Source of the DNA: an uncultured Clostridia bacterium
Lineage (GTDB): Bacteria; Bacillota_I; Bacilli_A; RF39; UBA660
DNA: 64,000 nt
Direction of reading: 5' to 3'
Assembly: GCA_947165135.1 (NCBI GenBank)
Contig: CAMUZE010000004.1
Coordinates: 11,694-75,693, forward strand
The translations under genes were made by a program, and so were the position numbers. A model generated the notes under the pieces. That model was not told where the DNA came from, did no database searches, and worked only from the letters and a program-made list of their open reading frames with translations. Positions 1 to 10,445 of this stretch are shown one piece after another; position 1 is the first letter of the stretch; each line of letters starts with the position of its first letter.

Positions 1-499
1 CTACCGCTATTTTATCTACTATATCCATTCCAGATATTACTTTTCCAAAAGCAGCATAATTACCATCTAAATATGTAGAATCTTTTTGTACAATAAAAAA
101 TTGACTAGAAGCAGAATTCATTGTTGCTTCTGTATCTGGATTTCCACCTACTCTTGCCATTGAAACAACTCCTCTTGTATGAGATAAATTATTTTTAATT
201 CCGTTATTGTTAAATTCACCTTTAATAGTCTTTTCACTACCACCACTACCAGTTCCAGTAGGATCTCCTGTTTGAATCATAAAGTCATTTATTACTCTGT
301 GAAAAGTAACTCCATCATAAAAATTATTAGAAACTAATTCTTTAAAATTTTTAACCGTTCTTGGTGCTATATTTGGATATAACTCAATAACTATTTTTCC
401 ATAATCTTTTACATCTATTTCAACTATATTGTCACTTCCACATGAACATAATAAAAATACAAAACTTACTATTATTAATGCTTTTAATATTTTTTTCAT
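1..499 (-). CDS. Peptidyl-prolyl cis-trans isomerase, cyclophilin type, probable lipoprotein (C-terminal end runs off the window)
   Basis: My own translation from ATG 499..497 gives [24 protein letters not shown]..., then YDGVTFHRVINDFMIQTGDPTGTGSGG, SMARVGGNPDTEATMNSASSQFFIV and GKVISGMDIVDKI, which are cyclophilin hallmarks. It is absent from the ORF track because it is open at the window edge. It has an ATGA overlap with the trmK stop. Confidence 0.85.
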   Translation of the reverse strand, partial: MKKILKALIIVSFVFLLCSCGSDNIVEIDVKDYGKIVIELYPNIAPRTVKNFKELVSNNFYDGVTFHRVINDFMIQTGDPTGTGSGGSEKTIKGEFNNNGIKNNLSHTRGVVSMARVGGNPDTEATMNSASSQFFIVQKDSTYLDGNYAAFGKVISGMDIVDKIAV

Positions 500-1107
500 A
501 TTACATCTCCTAACATTCTAATCATTTCATCAATTTTGGGGTTATTATCTTCTGATGATAACTTAATTTTATTATATTTTTTTAATAAATGATTTAAATA
601 CTCATTATATAATTCTTTTTCTATATGATTTAAACCTAACAATAATTCTTTTCTACTATACTTAGTTTTACCTTCTTTAAAAACAATTAAATTATAATAT
701 TTATTATTTTCTTTAACTATTAATTCTTTATCAACAATATAATTAAAAGCATTCATTTTTTCTCTTAAAATATCATGATAATTATTAGATATAGTAATTA
801 TTTTTTTAAATCTTAACTTAGTATTGTTAATTATTTCTAATATTGTATGTGTTCCCATACCAGCTAAAACAAGAGTATCTGCTTCACCCTCTTTAATATT
901 GGAAAGGCCATTAGAAACTCTTAAGTCTATCAAATCATTTTTAATATCATTTTTAGCTTTATTAATTACATTTTCACTAATATCTGATGCGATAGATGGT
1001 TGATTTCTTTTTGCTAATAACAGACTTAATTTGGCTTGATCACACCCTACATCCACTACTTTATCTTTATCATCAATTAATGAATATATTGCTTCTATTC
1101 TATTCAA
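496..1107 (-). CDS. trmK: tRNA (adenine22-N1)-methyltransferase, TrmK/YqfN-like
   Basis: 203 aa. It has the SAM-binding motif [15 protein letters not shown] and a TrmK-like length, lies immediately downstream of sigA as in Bacillus, and overlaps the sigA stop by 8 nt. Confidence 0.7.
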   Translation of the reverse strand: MNRIEAIYSLIDDKDKVVDVGCDQAKLSLLLAKRNQPSIASDISENVINKAKNDIKNDLIDLRVSNGLSNIKEGEADTLVLAGMGTHTILEIINNTKLRFKKIITISNNYHDILREKMNAFNYIVDKELIVKENNKYYNLIVFKEGKTKYSRKELLLGLNHIEKELYNEYLNHLLKKYNKIKLSSEDNNPKIDEMIRMLGDVI

Positions 1108-2185
1108 TTAAGAAATCTCTTAATTTTTTAGCTCTAGATGGGTGTCTTAATTTTCTTAGAGCTTTTGCTTCGATTTGTCTAATTCTTTCACGAGTAACTT
1201 TAAATTGTTTACCAACTTCTTCTAAAGTATGAGAAGAACCATCGAATAAACCAAATCTTAATTCTAATACTTCTTTTTCACGAACTGTTAATGTATCTAA
1301 CACTTCACGAAGTTCATCTTTAAGTATTTCATAGTTAGCAAATTCTTCTGGTGACATTGTTCTTTCATCAGCAAGGAAATCTCCTAAATGTGAATCATCC
1401 TCTTCACCTATTGGTGTCTCTAAAGATACTGGATCTTGACTGATTTTTCTGATTTCAGCTATTTTATCAACAGAAAGACCCATTTTCTTTGATAATTCTT
1501 GATCAGTTGGTTCACGATTTAATTCTAGAGTCATTTGTCTTTCTATTCTAGCCATCTTATTAATTGTTTCAACCATATGAACAGGAACCCTTATAGTTCT
1601 GGCTTGATCAGCTAAAGCACGAGTAATAGCTTGTCTAATCCACCAAGTTGCATATGTAGAAAATTTATATCCTTTGTCATAATCAAACTTTTCAACTGCC
1701 TTCATAAGACCAATATTACCTTCTTGAATTAAATCAAGGAATAATAGTCCACGTCCTACATACCTCTTAGCAATTGAAACAACAAGTCTTAAATTAGATT
1801 CCGCAAGAGTATTCTTAGCTTTTTCATCTCCTGATGCTACACGTCTAGATAATTCTTGTTCTTCTTCCATTGAAAGCAAACTTATTTTACCTATTTCTTT
1901 TAGGTACATTCTGACATTATCATTAACACTCATATCCTTACTTTCATCAGGTACATCATCAATAATAATATCATTTTCTAAATTAATTTCTCCTCCGCCC
2001 TCATCGTCTTCTGCCTTAATTTCAATATTATTTTCAGTTAAGGTATTATAAAGCTTATCTAAGTCATTAGCATCTAAATCTAAATCTATTGTTTTCTTTG
2101 CTATTTGTTCATATGTTAAAAAACCTTGTTCTTTACCTTCTTTAACTAATTCTTCTAATCTTTCTTCAAAACTTTTAATCACCAT
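1100..2185 (-). CDS. sigA: Primary RNA polymerase sigma factor (sigma-70/SigA)
   Basis: 361 aa. Region 2 reads [24 protein letters not shown] and region 4.2 reads [30 protein letters not shown]. It has an acidic N-terminal region and follows dnaG. Confidence 0.95.
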   Translation of the reverse strand: MVIKSFEERLEELVKEGKEQGFLTYEQIAKKTIDLDLDANDLDKLYNTLTENNIEIKAEDDEGGGEINLENDIIIDDVPDESKDMSVNDNVRMYLKEIGKISLLSMEEEQELSRRVASGDEKAKNTLAESNLRLVVSIAKRYVGRGLLFLDLIQEGNIGLMKAVEKFDYDKGYKFSTYATWWIRQAITRALADQARTIRVPVHMVETINKMARIERQMTLELNREPTDQELSKKMGLSVDKIAEIRKISQDPVSLETPIGEEDDSHLGDFLADERTMSPEEFANYEILKDELREVLDTLTVREKEVLELRFGLFDGSSHTLEEVGKQFKVTRERIRQIEAKALRKLRHPSRAKKLRDFLIE

Positions 2186-3924
2186 TTTAACACTTCCTTA
2201 TTAATATTTTCTATCTTTTTTGCTATTTCTATTTTTTTGTTAATGTCTAATGTTTCATTCATTTCTTTCTTTAATGCTTCGATTCTTCTTTTCACTGAAT
2301 ATTCTTTTACTATATTAATACATTTTTCAAGTTCACTTTCTTCATATTCTTTGTCATTGTGAATACTCATAACTTCATTTAATGTATTAGTTAAGTCTTC
2401 ATCTTCAAGAATGTAATTTTGGAAATCAAAATAATCAAAATACCCCCTATCATTCCTAAATTCAATTATTTTATATGCGAGATTAGACATATTATCATGA
2501 ATTAAATAACCCAATGAATTTTCGAAATATAGTATAACATCATCATAATGCATCATCAAGTATAATATTCTAATCTCACTTAAATCATATTTATTATATT
2601 TTTTCTTTTTTTCTTCTTTATTTACTTCTTTCTTTTTAGTTTCTACATTAACTTTTATTTTATTCCTAATGATTGATTCATCTATATCAAATTCTTTAGC
2701 AATTTCTTTAATTTTTAACTCTCTTAATACATCATCATTGATTTGATTTAAAGACTCAATTGCTTCATTAATATATTTACTTATTTCAGCAGAATCTTTC
2801 ATATTTTTATTAGATCTAATATATTTAAGTTTAAAATCAATGAAAGGTATTCTATTATTAAATACTGTATCAAAAGCATTCTTACCTTTATTAACAATAA
2901 ATTCATCACTATCTTTATAATCATCAAATACGACTACTGTGGTATCAATATTATATTTTTGTAATAAATCTCCAATCTTAATAGTATTTTCTATACCAGC
3001 ACTATCTTGATCAAGATTTAATACTACATCACATTTCCATTTAAGTATTTTTTCTAAATGATCACGTGTAAATGCAGTACCCATTAATGCAACTACATTT
3101 TTATATCCAATACTGACCATTCTAATAGTATCCATAAATCCTTCAGTTAAAACTATTTGATGATTAATTCTAATGTTTGGAAGAGCATTATTTATATTAT
3201 AAAATATAGAACTTTTTTTAAATATATCACTTTCCTTTGAGTTTGAATATTTAGGTAATGTTTCATCTTGAATATCATCACTTAAATATTTTCTACCAGA
3301 GAAAGCTATTACATTATTATTCTCATCTATTATTGGAAATATAATTCTATTTTGGAATGCATCATATATTCTACCATTAGACTCTTTGATAATTCCAAGA
3401 GTTAATAAATCATTTTCATCATATTTTTTTAAAAGTATTTCATTTAATTTGTTATTAGTAGAAAGTCCAATATTAAATTCTTGAATTAATTCTTTATCAA
3501 GTGATCTATCATTTAAATATTTTATTGCTTTAGTTCCTTCTTTTGATAACAAATTATTTTTAAAGTATTTATTAACAACATCATTTATCTCATAATATTT
3601 TTGATATTTAGTTTCCTTGGGTTTAGAAATGCTATTGTCAAGTTTAATACCAGCTCTATCTGCAAGTATTTTAATTGCTTCTAATCTAGTGACTCCCTCT
3701 TTTTTTTCAACAAAAGTAAATACATCACCAGTAAAATCACATTTACCAAAACAAGTAAATATTTGCTTTTCTACTTGTACGCTAAAAGATGGTGTTTTTT
3801 CTTTATGGAATGGACATAACGCCTTATATCTACTATCTAAATCTACTCCATAACTTCTAATAACATCTTCTATTCTATTCTTAGATTTTATTTCATCTAT
3901 AATTTCTGGTGTTATTCTTGACAT
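2179..3924 (-). CDS. dnaG: DNA primase
   Basis: It has the zinc-finger motif [13 protein letters not shown]...FTCFGC and the TOPRIM motifs EGFMD and LDQDSAG. The likely start is MSRITPEII at 3924, preceded by GGGAGG; the ORF-track start at 3969 looks like an upstream extension. Confidence 0.92.
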   Translation of the reverse strand: MSRITPEIIDEIKSKNRIEDVIRSYGVDLDSRYKALCPFHKEKTPSFSVQVEKQIFTCFGKCDFTGDVFTFVEKKEGVTRLEAIKILADRAGIKLDNSISKPKETKYQKYYEINDVVNKYFKNNLLSKEGTKAIKYLNDRSLDKELIQEFNIGLSTNNKLNEILLKKYDENDLLTLGIIKESNGRIYDAFQNRIIFPIIDENNNVIAFSGRKYLSDDIQDETLPKYSNSKESDIFKKSSIFYNINNALPNIRINHQIVLTEGFMDTIRMVSIGYKNVVALMGTAFTRDHLEKILKWKCDVVLNLDQDSAGIENTIKIGDLLQKYNIDTTVVVFDDYKDSDEFIVNKGKNAFDTVFNNRIPFIDFKLKYIRSNKNMKDSAEISKYINEAIESLNQINDDVLRELKIKEIAKEFDIDESIIRNKIKVNVETKKKEVNKEEKKKKYNKYDLSEIRILYLMMHYDDVILYFENSLGYLIHDNMSNLAYKIIEFRNDRGYFDYFDFQNYILEDEDLTNTLNEVMSIHNDKEYEESELEKCINIVKEYSVKRRIEALKKEMNETLDINKKIEIAKKIENINKEVLKW

Positions 3925-3993
3925 TTTGCCTCCCAATAATATATATACAAAATAAATAATCAAAAACACTTCTTTTTTTTAAAATTTTTTCAT

Positions 3994-4022
3994 ATTATAT
4001 CATTTTATTGCGTATAATACAA
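3994..4022 (-). promoter_or_regulatory. Candidate sigma-A promoter for dnaG-sigA-trmK
   Basis: The minus strand reads TTGTAT, a 17-nt spacer, then TGATATAAT (extended -10). It lies between the cdaR terminator and the dnaG start. Confidence 0.45.
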
Positions 4023-4029
4023 TTTAAAG

Positions 4030-4057
4030 CAAAGAAAAAACCACTAATGTGGTTTTT
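4030..4057 (-). terminator. Rho-independent terminator after cdaR
   Basis: The hairpin is aaaaaccac/taat/gtggttttt. On the minus strand it is followed by TTTTTTCTTT, and it overlaps the cdaR stop codon. Confidence 0.6.
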
Positions 4058-5420
4058 ATTTCTTACTAATTACTACTTCTATTTTAATAGTTCTAGAAGA
4101 ATATTTAAGTTTTAAGTCGCTACCTGTTACGATTACTGGAACTGGATATGTTCCTTCTTCTAAATCAGATAAATCAACATAAGCTTTAATATCTTCAGCT
4201 TTTAATTTATCTAGAAGTGAACTAACACCTTTAACTACTACATCAACTTTAGTATCAGCTTCACTCTTAGCTAAAGCTTTATATTTAGAAGTATCTAGGT
4301 TTTCAAACTCTAAAGGAATATTTTTAAATTCTTTAGATGTTTCCCCTTCCATCTTAACTTTGATTGTTACAGCCGTATCTGACATTGATCTTACTCCGTT
4401 AGGCTTAACAATTGTTTCTTGGTAAGATTTATCTTTACTTAATCCTGTAACATTAATTTCAACTTTCAATTCATCTATTCCATTTAATGCTTCTTCATCA
4501 CCATATAGAGTTACTGTATTAACATTAGCTGATATAGATCCAATTGCACTTCCACTTGCTACATCTCCGATTGGAACAATCTTAAGTGGAACAACTTTAC
4601 TTGGTGATTTAACTTCTATAGTAGCTGTTACAGTTTCAGGAACAATCTCAATATCTTTAATTTCAGTTCCTTTTTCATCATAACCTATTAATTTAACATT
4701 TTCTAATGTATAACTTCCAGAAGTTGTAGCGTTTAACGCATTTACATCAACTAATGCTTTGACACTAGCAACTGTTTCTAATTTTTCTTTATATGATTTT
4801 ACTATTACTTCATCTTTGTCAAGTTTAATCGAACTAATAACTAATGTATTATTTAATTTATCAGTATTAAGAATATCTGTTGTTAAAGTTTTAGATTCAC
4901 TAATTTTAGGATAAATAACTAATGTTACTCTAGATGGATCTATTTTATAATCTAATGTTTTAATCGGATTATTATATTTAATGTTAATCTTATGAGTACC
5001 AGCAGAATAATCAGTTAAATCTAGTGTTAATTTATGATCTCCTAATTGCTCAGCAAGATATAAATCGCTTCTTCTACCCATTAATACTATATCTGCTCCT
5101 TCTGGAATTCCCTCAACTACATAAGCTTCTTCATTATATTCTGCAGTAATTGCTTGATTAGATAAAACTACAGCTTCTGTTTCTGATAAATTTATAACTT
5201 TTAAATCAACAGCCAAATACATTCCAAAAGCACAAATAAGTGATATATATATTAGAGTATTGGGTTTGTTTAAAAACTTATCAAATGACCAATTATTACT
5301 AGTAAACTTATCAGAGATAAAGTATACAAGCTTAGAAAGTGGGGTAATAATAATTTTATCAATTATTTTATAGATTCCCTTAAATATCTTAGTAAAGAAT
5401 TTGAATATTTTTTTAAGCAT
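4056..5420 (-). CDS. cdaR: YbbR-domain protein, CdaR-like regulator of diadenylate cyclase
   Basis: It has an N-terminal TM segment followed by repeated beta-rich YbbR-like modules, and lies directly downstream of cdaA. The likely start is MLKKIFKFF at 5420, giving an 8-nt overlap with the cdaA stop. Confidence 0.75.
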   Translation of the reverse strand: MLKKIFKFFTKIFKGIYKIIDKIIITPLSKLVYFISDKFTSNNWSFDKFLNKPNTLIYISLICAFGMYLAVDLKVINLSETEAVVLSNQAITAEYNEEAYVVEGIPEGADIVLMGRRSDLYLAEQLGDHKLTLDLTDYSAGTHKINIKYNNPIKTLDYKIDPSRVTLVIYPKISESKTLTTDILNTDKLNNTLVISSIKLDKDEVIVKSYKEKLETVASVKALVDVNALNATTSGSYTLENVKLIGYDEKGTEIKDIEIVPETVTATIEVKSPSKVVPLKIVPIGDVASGSAIGSISANVNTVTLYGDEEALNGIDELKVEINVTGLSKDKSYQETIVKPNGVRSMSDTAVTIKVKMEGETSKEFKNIPLEFENLDTSKYKALAKSEADTKVDVVVKGVSSLLDKLKAEDIKAYVDLSDLEEGTYPVPVIVTGSDLKLKYSSRTIKIEVVISKK

Positions 5421-6240
5421 CTTTTTCACCTTCTTCACTTTCGCTTTCCACATCTGCTTCATAGAATGTTTCTTTCTTAGGCTGTAATGCATCAAGTAAC
5501 ATTATTCTTGCATCTTCTAAAGTTAAGTTATAATTAAGTTCACTTTGAATTGCAATAGAAATTCTACCAGTTTCTTCGCTTACAATTACAGATACACAAT
5601 CTGATATTTCACTAATTCCAAGCGCCGCTCTATGTCTTGTACCTAACCTTTTAGATATGTTTTGATTTGTACTTGTTGGAAATACACTTCCTGCACATGT
5701 AACTTTATTTCCTTGAAGTATTACCCCACCATCATGAAGTGGATTATTCTTCCAGAAAATAGATATCAACAATTCACTACTTAAATCAGCATATAATTTA
5801 GTTGCTGGTTCAATATATTGAGCTAAACTATAATCTCTTTCAATAACTATTAATGCCCCAATTTTATTCTTCTTTAAATAATCTAGTGCATTAACTATTT
5901 CATAAACCATTTTTTCACGTTCATCAACAGTTAATGTTTTGTGACGACCTAGTAATTGACTTCTTCCAATACTTTCAAGTGCATTTCTTATTTCTGGTTG
6001 GAATATAATAATCAATGCAAGTGGTCCCCAAGCAATAACATATTGAAGTATAGTGCCAACTACGTATAAATCTAACAACTTGCTTAAAAAATTTAAAACA
6101 ATTATAATTAATAATCCCTTAAATATTAATGTCAATTTAAAATTATTTCTTGAATATTTTAACAATTGGTAAAATATAAACCAAACTATAACAATATCCA
6201 AAATATTAGAAAGAATTTTTAATATTGTTGTATAAAACAT
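5413..6240 (-). CDS. cdaA: Diadenylate cyclase CdaA (c-di-AMP synthase)
   Basis: It has three N-terminal TM helices and a DAC domain with the motifs HDGGVIL, GTRHRAALGISE and VSEETGRISIA. Confidence 0.9.
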   Translation of the reverse strand: MFYTTILKILSNILDIVIVWFIFYQLLKYSRNNFKLTLIFKGLLIIIVLNFLSKLLDLYVVGTILQYVIAWGPLALIIIFQPEIRNALESIGRSQLLGRHKTLTVDEREKMVYEIVNALDYLKKNKIGALIVIERDYSLAQYIEPATKLYADLSSELLISIFWKNNPLHDGGVILQGNKVTCAGSVFPTSTNQNISKRLGTRHRAALGISEISDCVSVIVSEETGRISIAIQSELNYNLTLEDARIMLLDALQPKKETFYEADVESESEEGEKDA

Positions 6241-6320
6241 AATACACCTTCCTATCTAATTTATAATTATACACTAAATAATCAACATTATCCATAATTT
6301 TAATATAATTTACATAAATA

Positions 6321-6710
6321 TTATCTATATCTATTAAACGGAATACCAAATATAAAATTATAAAAATATACTAAATATCTTCTAAATATATTATATTTTT
6401 TACATAATCTAATATACTTTCTATAATTGTTTTTTTCAGAATAATAATAATCATGTATTTTGTAGTTATTTTCTTTATCAAGAATTACATAATTAATCAT
6501 TTTTTTCTTTAAAATTTTTTCTATTTCATTTAGATTTTTGATTTTAAAAGTTAAAACATTACAATTACTAATGAAATTGCTAATATATTCTATTAGTTTT
6601 GCATCTTCATCATAAACCCTAAAATCAGTTGCAAATAAAATTATTATTAAACTACTACTATGTACTGCCTTTAATTCACTTAAAGTATCTTCCATAATAT
6701 ATCCTTTCAA
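6321..6710 (-). CDS. Hypothetical protein
   Basis: 129-aa ORF with no motif I recognise. The start is uncertain (M1 or MEDTLSEL). Confidence 0.3.
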   Translation of the reverse strand: MKGYIMEDTLSELKAVHSSSLIIILFATDFRVYDEDAKLIEYISNFISNCNVLTFKIKNLNEIEKILKKKMINYVILDKENNYKIHDYYYSEKNNYRKYIRLCKKYNIFRRYLVYFYNFIFGIPFNRYR

Positions 6711-6779
6711 ATTAAAAGATTTACTGCATAGTAATTATACAATAAATCTTTAATCTAGTCTACTATATTTTAATTCTTA

Positions 6780-7616
6780 TTATGCATCCCAATCACAATC
6801 TGAAGACCCGTTCTCATCAACATAGCATTGGAATCCCGAAAGATATGCACTTACTGTACCATTTTTGTTAATAATTGCATTTACGACATTAAGCTTATTG
6901 CATTGATAAGAATTTACTGAATAATATCTACAATTAGAACTTCCAAATGCTGTATTTAATATACTTTGATTATCATCAAACGAATTTCCGTTGTCTCCTC
7001 CTTTTATATAATAAACATTATCATTATTAACAAATCCAATATGACTTTCTACAACTATATTTCCTTCTAGGGTATGCCTTATAAAGAATGGATAACTTGT
7101 TGTTAATGTATTATAATTATCATATGTTCTTATACTACTTAGTATTGTTGAACTTATTGTTATAGTTCCACCTCTTGTGTAAACATATTCTCTAAAAAGA
7201 CTACTATCGATGATTACAACATTTTCTGTTTCACTTACTGATTCAACATCGTTTATTTGTGCTACATCTATCCCACTAGTTTCACTCATATTGTATTGAT
7301 AATCACCATTAGTTACTTGTAATTTTGTTATTTTTCCTTGACTATCCATTTCAACATAATATTTTAATCTACTATTACCTGTTAGATTTAATTGTTTAGG
7401 AGATCCCGGTGCATTTGAATATACTTGTGCAATACCCCCATTTAATAAATATTGCTGTCTAGTAGTACCAATCAAAGTATTTACTTCGTTTGTGAATGAA
7501 TTCTTTTTTGCTTTATTATACATTTTTAATACATTTGGAAGTGCTACTATTACTAATATTGCTAATATTGCTATTACAGCTAGTAATTCTACTAATGTAA
7601 ATCCTTTTTTATTCAT
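6780..7616 (-). CDS. Type IV pilin/pseudopilin-like protein with prepilin N-terminal cleavage/methylation motif
   Basis: It begins MNKKG|FTLVELLAVIAILAILVIVALPNV, a canonical G-FTLxE class III signal. It is followed by a globular domain of about 250 aa ending in a Cys-rich region (SSNCRYYSVNSYQC...GFQCYVDENGSSDCDW). Confidence 0.8.
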   Translation of the reverse strand: MNKKGFTLVELLAVIAILAILVIVALPNVLKMYNKAKKNSFTNEVNTLIGTTRQQYLLNGGIAQVYSNAPGSPKQLNLTGNSRLKYYVEMDSQGKITKLQVTNGDYQYNMSETSGIDVAQINDVESVSETENVVIIDSSLFREYVYTRGGTITISSTILSSIRTYDNYNTLTTSYPFFIRHTLEGNIVVESHIGFVNNDNVYYIKGGDNGNSFDDNQSILNTAFGSSNCRYYSVNSYQCNKLNVVNAIINKNGTVSAYLSGFQCYVDENGSSDCDWDA

Positions 7617-7680
7617 CAACCACCACATACTATGATTGTATTATTAACATTTTTAAAAAAATTCTTGGCTTTACGAATAT

Positions 7681-8451
7681 TTATTTTAAATTAAATAATC
7701 CTAAAATATTTTCTCCAGCATATGTACTTGGTAATTTACCATCCCATTTTTCAATAAATTGTTTTGCTATTAAATTATCTGTTAAACTTTGACGCATTAA
7801 ATCATTTGCTTTTTTAGTGGCTTCTGCTTCAACAAGTTTTGCTTCTGCTTCTAATTTAGCTTTAGATAGCTTTTGTTCTGCAACTTGTTTTTCTTCAATG
7901 GCACGAGTATATTCTTCGCTAAAACTTAAATTTGTTATATTAAAATTATCAATTACAATACCATATTTTTGAACTTTTGCTTGTAATTCTTCCATACATT
8001 TGGCAGATACTTCACTTCTTTCAGTAATTACTTCTGCAGCGGTATATTTTGCAATTGTTGCTTTAATACTTTCTTTAATTGCTGGATCTAAAACTGTTGA
8101 TTCATAATTATTTCCCACTGTTTTATATAGACTTGATGCTTTATCACTTTCTATTCTATAATTTACTGCAATATCAGTCTGTATGGTTTGTAAATCCTTG
8201 CTAGAACTTTCTGTTGTAAGTTCAATTTTTTGAACTTTTATATTGACAACTACTATGTCTTCAATATATGGTATTTTTAAATTAAATCCTTCATTTAATC
8301 CTTTACTAACTATTTTTCCAAACCTTACTTTAAGCCCAACTTCGCCACTTCTTATTGTTTGAAAACTACTTAGTATTGTAATCAAAACAAATAGACCAAC
8401 AATAGAAAGTATTAATATTTTTTTAAAATCTCTTACTCTTAAATTTTTCAT
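7681..8451 (-). CDS. SPFH/band-7 (prohibitin/HflC-like) membrane protein
   Basis: It has an N-terminal TM segment, an SPFH core (GEVGLKVRFGKI..., DIAVNYRI) and a coiled-coil tail (EEKQVAEQKLSKAKLEAEAKLVEAEA). Confidence 0.8.
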   Translation of the reverse strand: MKNLRVRDFKKILILSIVGLFVLITILSSFQTIRSGEVGLKVRFGKIVSKGLNEGFNLKIPYIEDIVVVNIKVQKIELTTESSSKDLQTIQTDIAVNYRIESDKASSLYKTVGNNYESTVLDPAIKESIKATIAKYTAAEVITERSEVSAKCMEELQAKVQKYGIVIDNFNITNLSFSEEYTRAIEEKQVAEQKLSKAKLEAEAKLVEAEATKKANDLMRQSLTDNLIAKQFIEKWDGKLPSTYAGENILGLFNLK

Positions 8452-8459
8452 TCATACTC

Positions 8460-10034
8460 CTATTTTTTAAATAATGTACTTAAAAGTCCACGTCCAAGAC
8501 TAGCTCCAACGTTGCCACCAAGTGTTTTTCCAAATTTACCAAACTTTCCACCAAAGCTTTTACCAGCTTCACGTCCTATAGTACCAGCAACTGAACTACC
8601 AACACTCTTAAAGGCTTTATTTCTTGCAGATGTTGCTTGCTTTTCTTTTTTGGCATCTTCTTTAGCTTTCTTTTCTGCTTCTTTAGCAGCAATTTTTTCT
8701 TCTTCTAATCTCTTTGCTTCTTCTTCAGCTGCTTTAGCATCTTCAATTCCTTTTCTTTCTAAAAACTCATATGCTGATTCATTATCAACAGCTTTATAAT
8801 ACTTACTATATAGTAAGCTTTCTTTTATTTTCATGTCGCGAGCAGAATCACTAACTGATCCAAAACTACATGATGGAGGTAATATATATGCTTTTTCTGC
8901 AATTCCTGGAATACCATCTTCACCTAAGAATGATACTACTGCTTCACCAGTTCCTAAAGATAAAATTGTTTCATATGTATTAAATTCAGGATTTACTCTA
9001 AATGATTCAGCAGCTGCTTTAACTGCTTTTTGATCAGCTGGAGTATAAGCACGAAGTCCATGCTCTACTTTATTTCCAAGCTGAGACAATACTCCATTTG
9101 GAATATCTTTTGGATTTTGAGTACAGAAATATACTCCAACTCCTTTAGAACGAATTAATTTAACCATCTGTTCTATCTTATCAACAAGAACTTTTGGTGC
9201 ATCATCAAATAATAAATGAGCTTCATCAAAGAAGAATATCATTTTTGGCTTATTTAAGTCTCCTACTTCTGGTAATGTTTCAAATAATTCTGACATTAAC
9301 CATAGCAAGAATGTTGAATATAATTTTCCATTATTAATTAGTGTAGAACTATCTAAGATATTAATCATGCCTTTTCCATTATCTTGAGTTAGCCAATCAC
9401 ATATATTTAAAGCTGGTTCGCCAAAGAAAATATCTCCACCTTCTTTTTCAAGTGAAACAATACTTCTTACAATTACTCCTATAGACGCACTACTTATTTT
9501 TCCATAATCTCTTTCATAATCTTTAGAATTAGCATCTACATAAGCTAATATAGATTTTAAATCTTTAGTATCAATAAGCAATAAATTGTTATCATCTGCT
9601 ATTTTAAATACAACACTTAAAATATCTGTTTGTAAATCATTAAGTCCAAGAATTCTTGATAGTAGTAGTGGTCCCATTTCAGATATTGTAGTTCTTACTT
9701 GAATTCCATTTTTTCCATAAATATCCCAAAATGTAACAGGATATCCTTTGTAATCAAAACCATATTCTGCAAGTCCAAATCTTCTAATTCTTTCTTGCAT
9801 ATTTTCACTATCTTCACCAGGATTCATAATACCAGCTATATCGCCTTTAACATCAGCCATAAACACTGGTACTCCCATTTCACTAAATGTTTCAGCCATT
9901 ACTTTTAATGTAACTGTTTTACCAGTTCCAGTAGCTCCTGCGATTAAACCATGACGATTTGCCATTTTTGGAATAATAAATAAAGGTTCACCTTTACTAT
10001 TATTAGCTAACCATATTTTTTCTTCTCTTAACAT
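8460..10034 (-). CDS. HerA-like P-loop NTPase, DUF853/YjgR family
   Basis: It has Walker A GATGTGKT and a Walker B-like FFFDEAHLLF. The tail is Lys/Ala/Glu-rich and ends in a Gly-rich amphipathic segment. It lies 9 nt upstream of the SPFH gene. Confidence 0.7.
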   Translation of the reverse strand: MLREEKIWLANNSKGEPLFIIPKMANRHGLIAGATGTGKTVTLKVMAETFSEMGVPVFMADVKGDIAGIMNPGEDSENMQERIRRFGLAEYGFDYKGYPVTFWDIYGKNGIQVRTTISEMGPLLLSRILGLNDLQTDILSVVFKIADDNNLLLIDTKDLKSILAYVDANSKDYERDYGKISSASIGVIVRSIVSLEKEGGDIFFGEPALNICDWLTQDNGKGMINILDSSTLINNGKLYSTFLLWLMSELFETLPEVGDLNKPKMIFFFDEAHLLFDDAPKVLVDKIEQMVKLIRSKGVGVYFCTQNPKDIPNGVLSQLGNKVEHGLRAYTPADQKAVKAAAESFRVNPEFNTYETILSLGTGEAVVSFLGEDGIPGIAEKAYILPPSCSFGSVSDSARDMKIKESLLYSKYYKAVDNESAYEFLERKGIEDAKAAEEEAKRLEEEKIAAKEAEKKAKEDAKKEKQATSARNKAFKSVGSSVAGTIGREAGKSFGGKFGKFGKTLGGNVGASLGRGLLSTLFKK

Positions 10035-10116
10035 ATAAACACCTCTTATCTACTAATAGTATAAATTTAATTAAAAAAAAATACAAGTAAATAGGCATTT
10101 AATTATTCTTAAATGC

Positions 10117-10380
10117 CTATTTATTTTCAACAATTAATTTTATTGCTGTTTTTTCTTTTCCATCAATAACAACATCATAAAATGCGGGTGTACAAACTAA
10201 ATTAAGCCCAAGAGGTGCAACAAAACCACGAGCTATAGATACTGCCTTAATTGCTTGATTAATTGCTCCTGCCCCAACTGTTTGTATTTCTACCATCTTA
10301 CTTCCCTCTCTAAAAGAATTTGCTATGCTTCCTGCAACTTTTTGGGAAACACTTTTACTAGATACCTTTATAACATCCAT
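10117..10380 (-). CDS. spoVS: Stage V sporulation protein S-like protein
   Basis: 87 aa. KVSSKS...VAGSIA...VEIQTVGAGAINQAIKAVSIARGF matches the highly conserved SpoVS pattern. Confidence 0.85.
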   Translation of the reverse strand: MDVIKVSSKSVSQKVAGSIANSFREGSKMVEIQTVGAGAINQAIKAVSIARGFVAPLGLNLVCTPAFYDVVIDGKEKTAIKLIVENK

Positions 10381-10445
10381 TAATATTCACCTCATTAATT
10401 TATATGTTATAAAAAGAAAATAATACATTAAAAATAGCATTTCTG

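Noticed and set aside
496-498. Alternative genetic code (UGA=Trp, code 4), considered because of the very low GC content and Mollicutes-like gene content.
   Set aside because: TGA terminates trmK at the expected protein length. Conserved Trp positions (for example sigA WWIRQ and the repeat GWYD/AGW motifs) are TGG, and no conserved gene needs TGA read-through.
4056-6240. The cdaA-cdaR pair is not followed by glmM, unlike the common Firmicute cdaA-cdaR-glmM operon.
   Set aside because: A terminator follows cdaR, and glmM may simply be elsewhere. This is gene-order variation only, with nothing unusual in the sequence itself.
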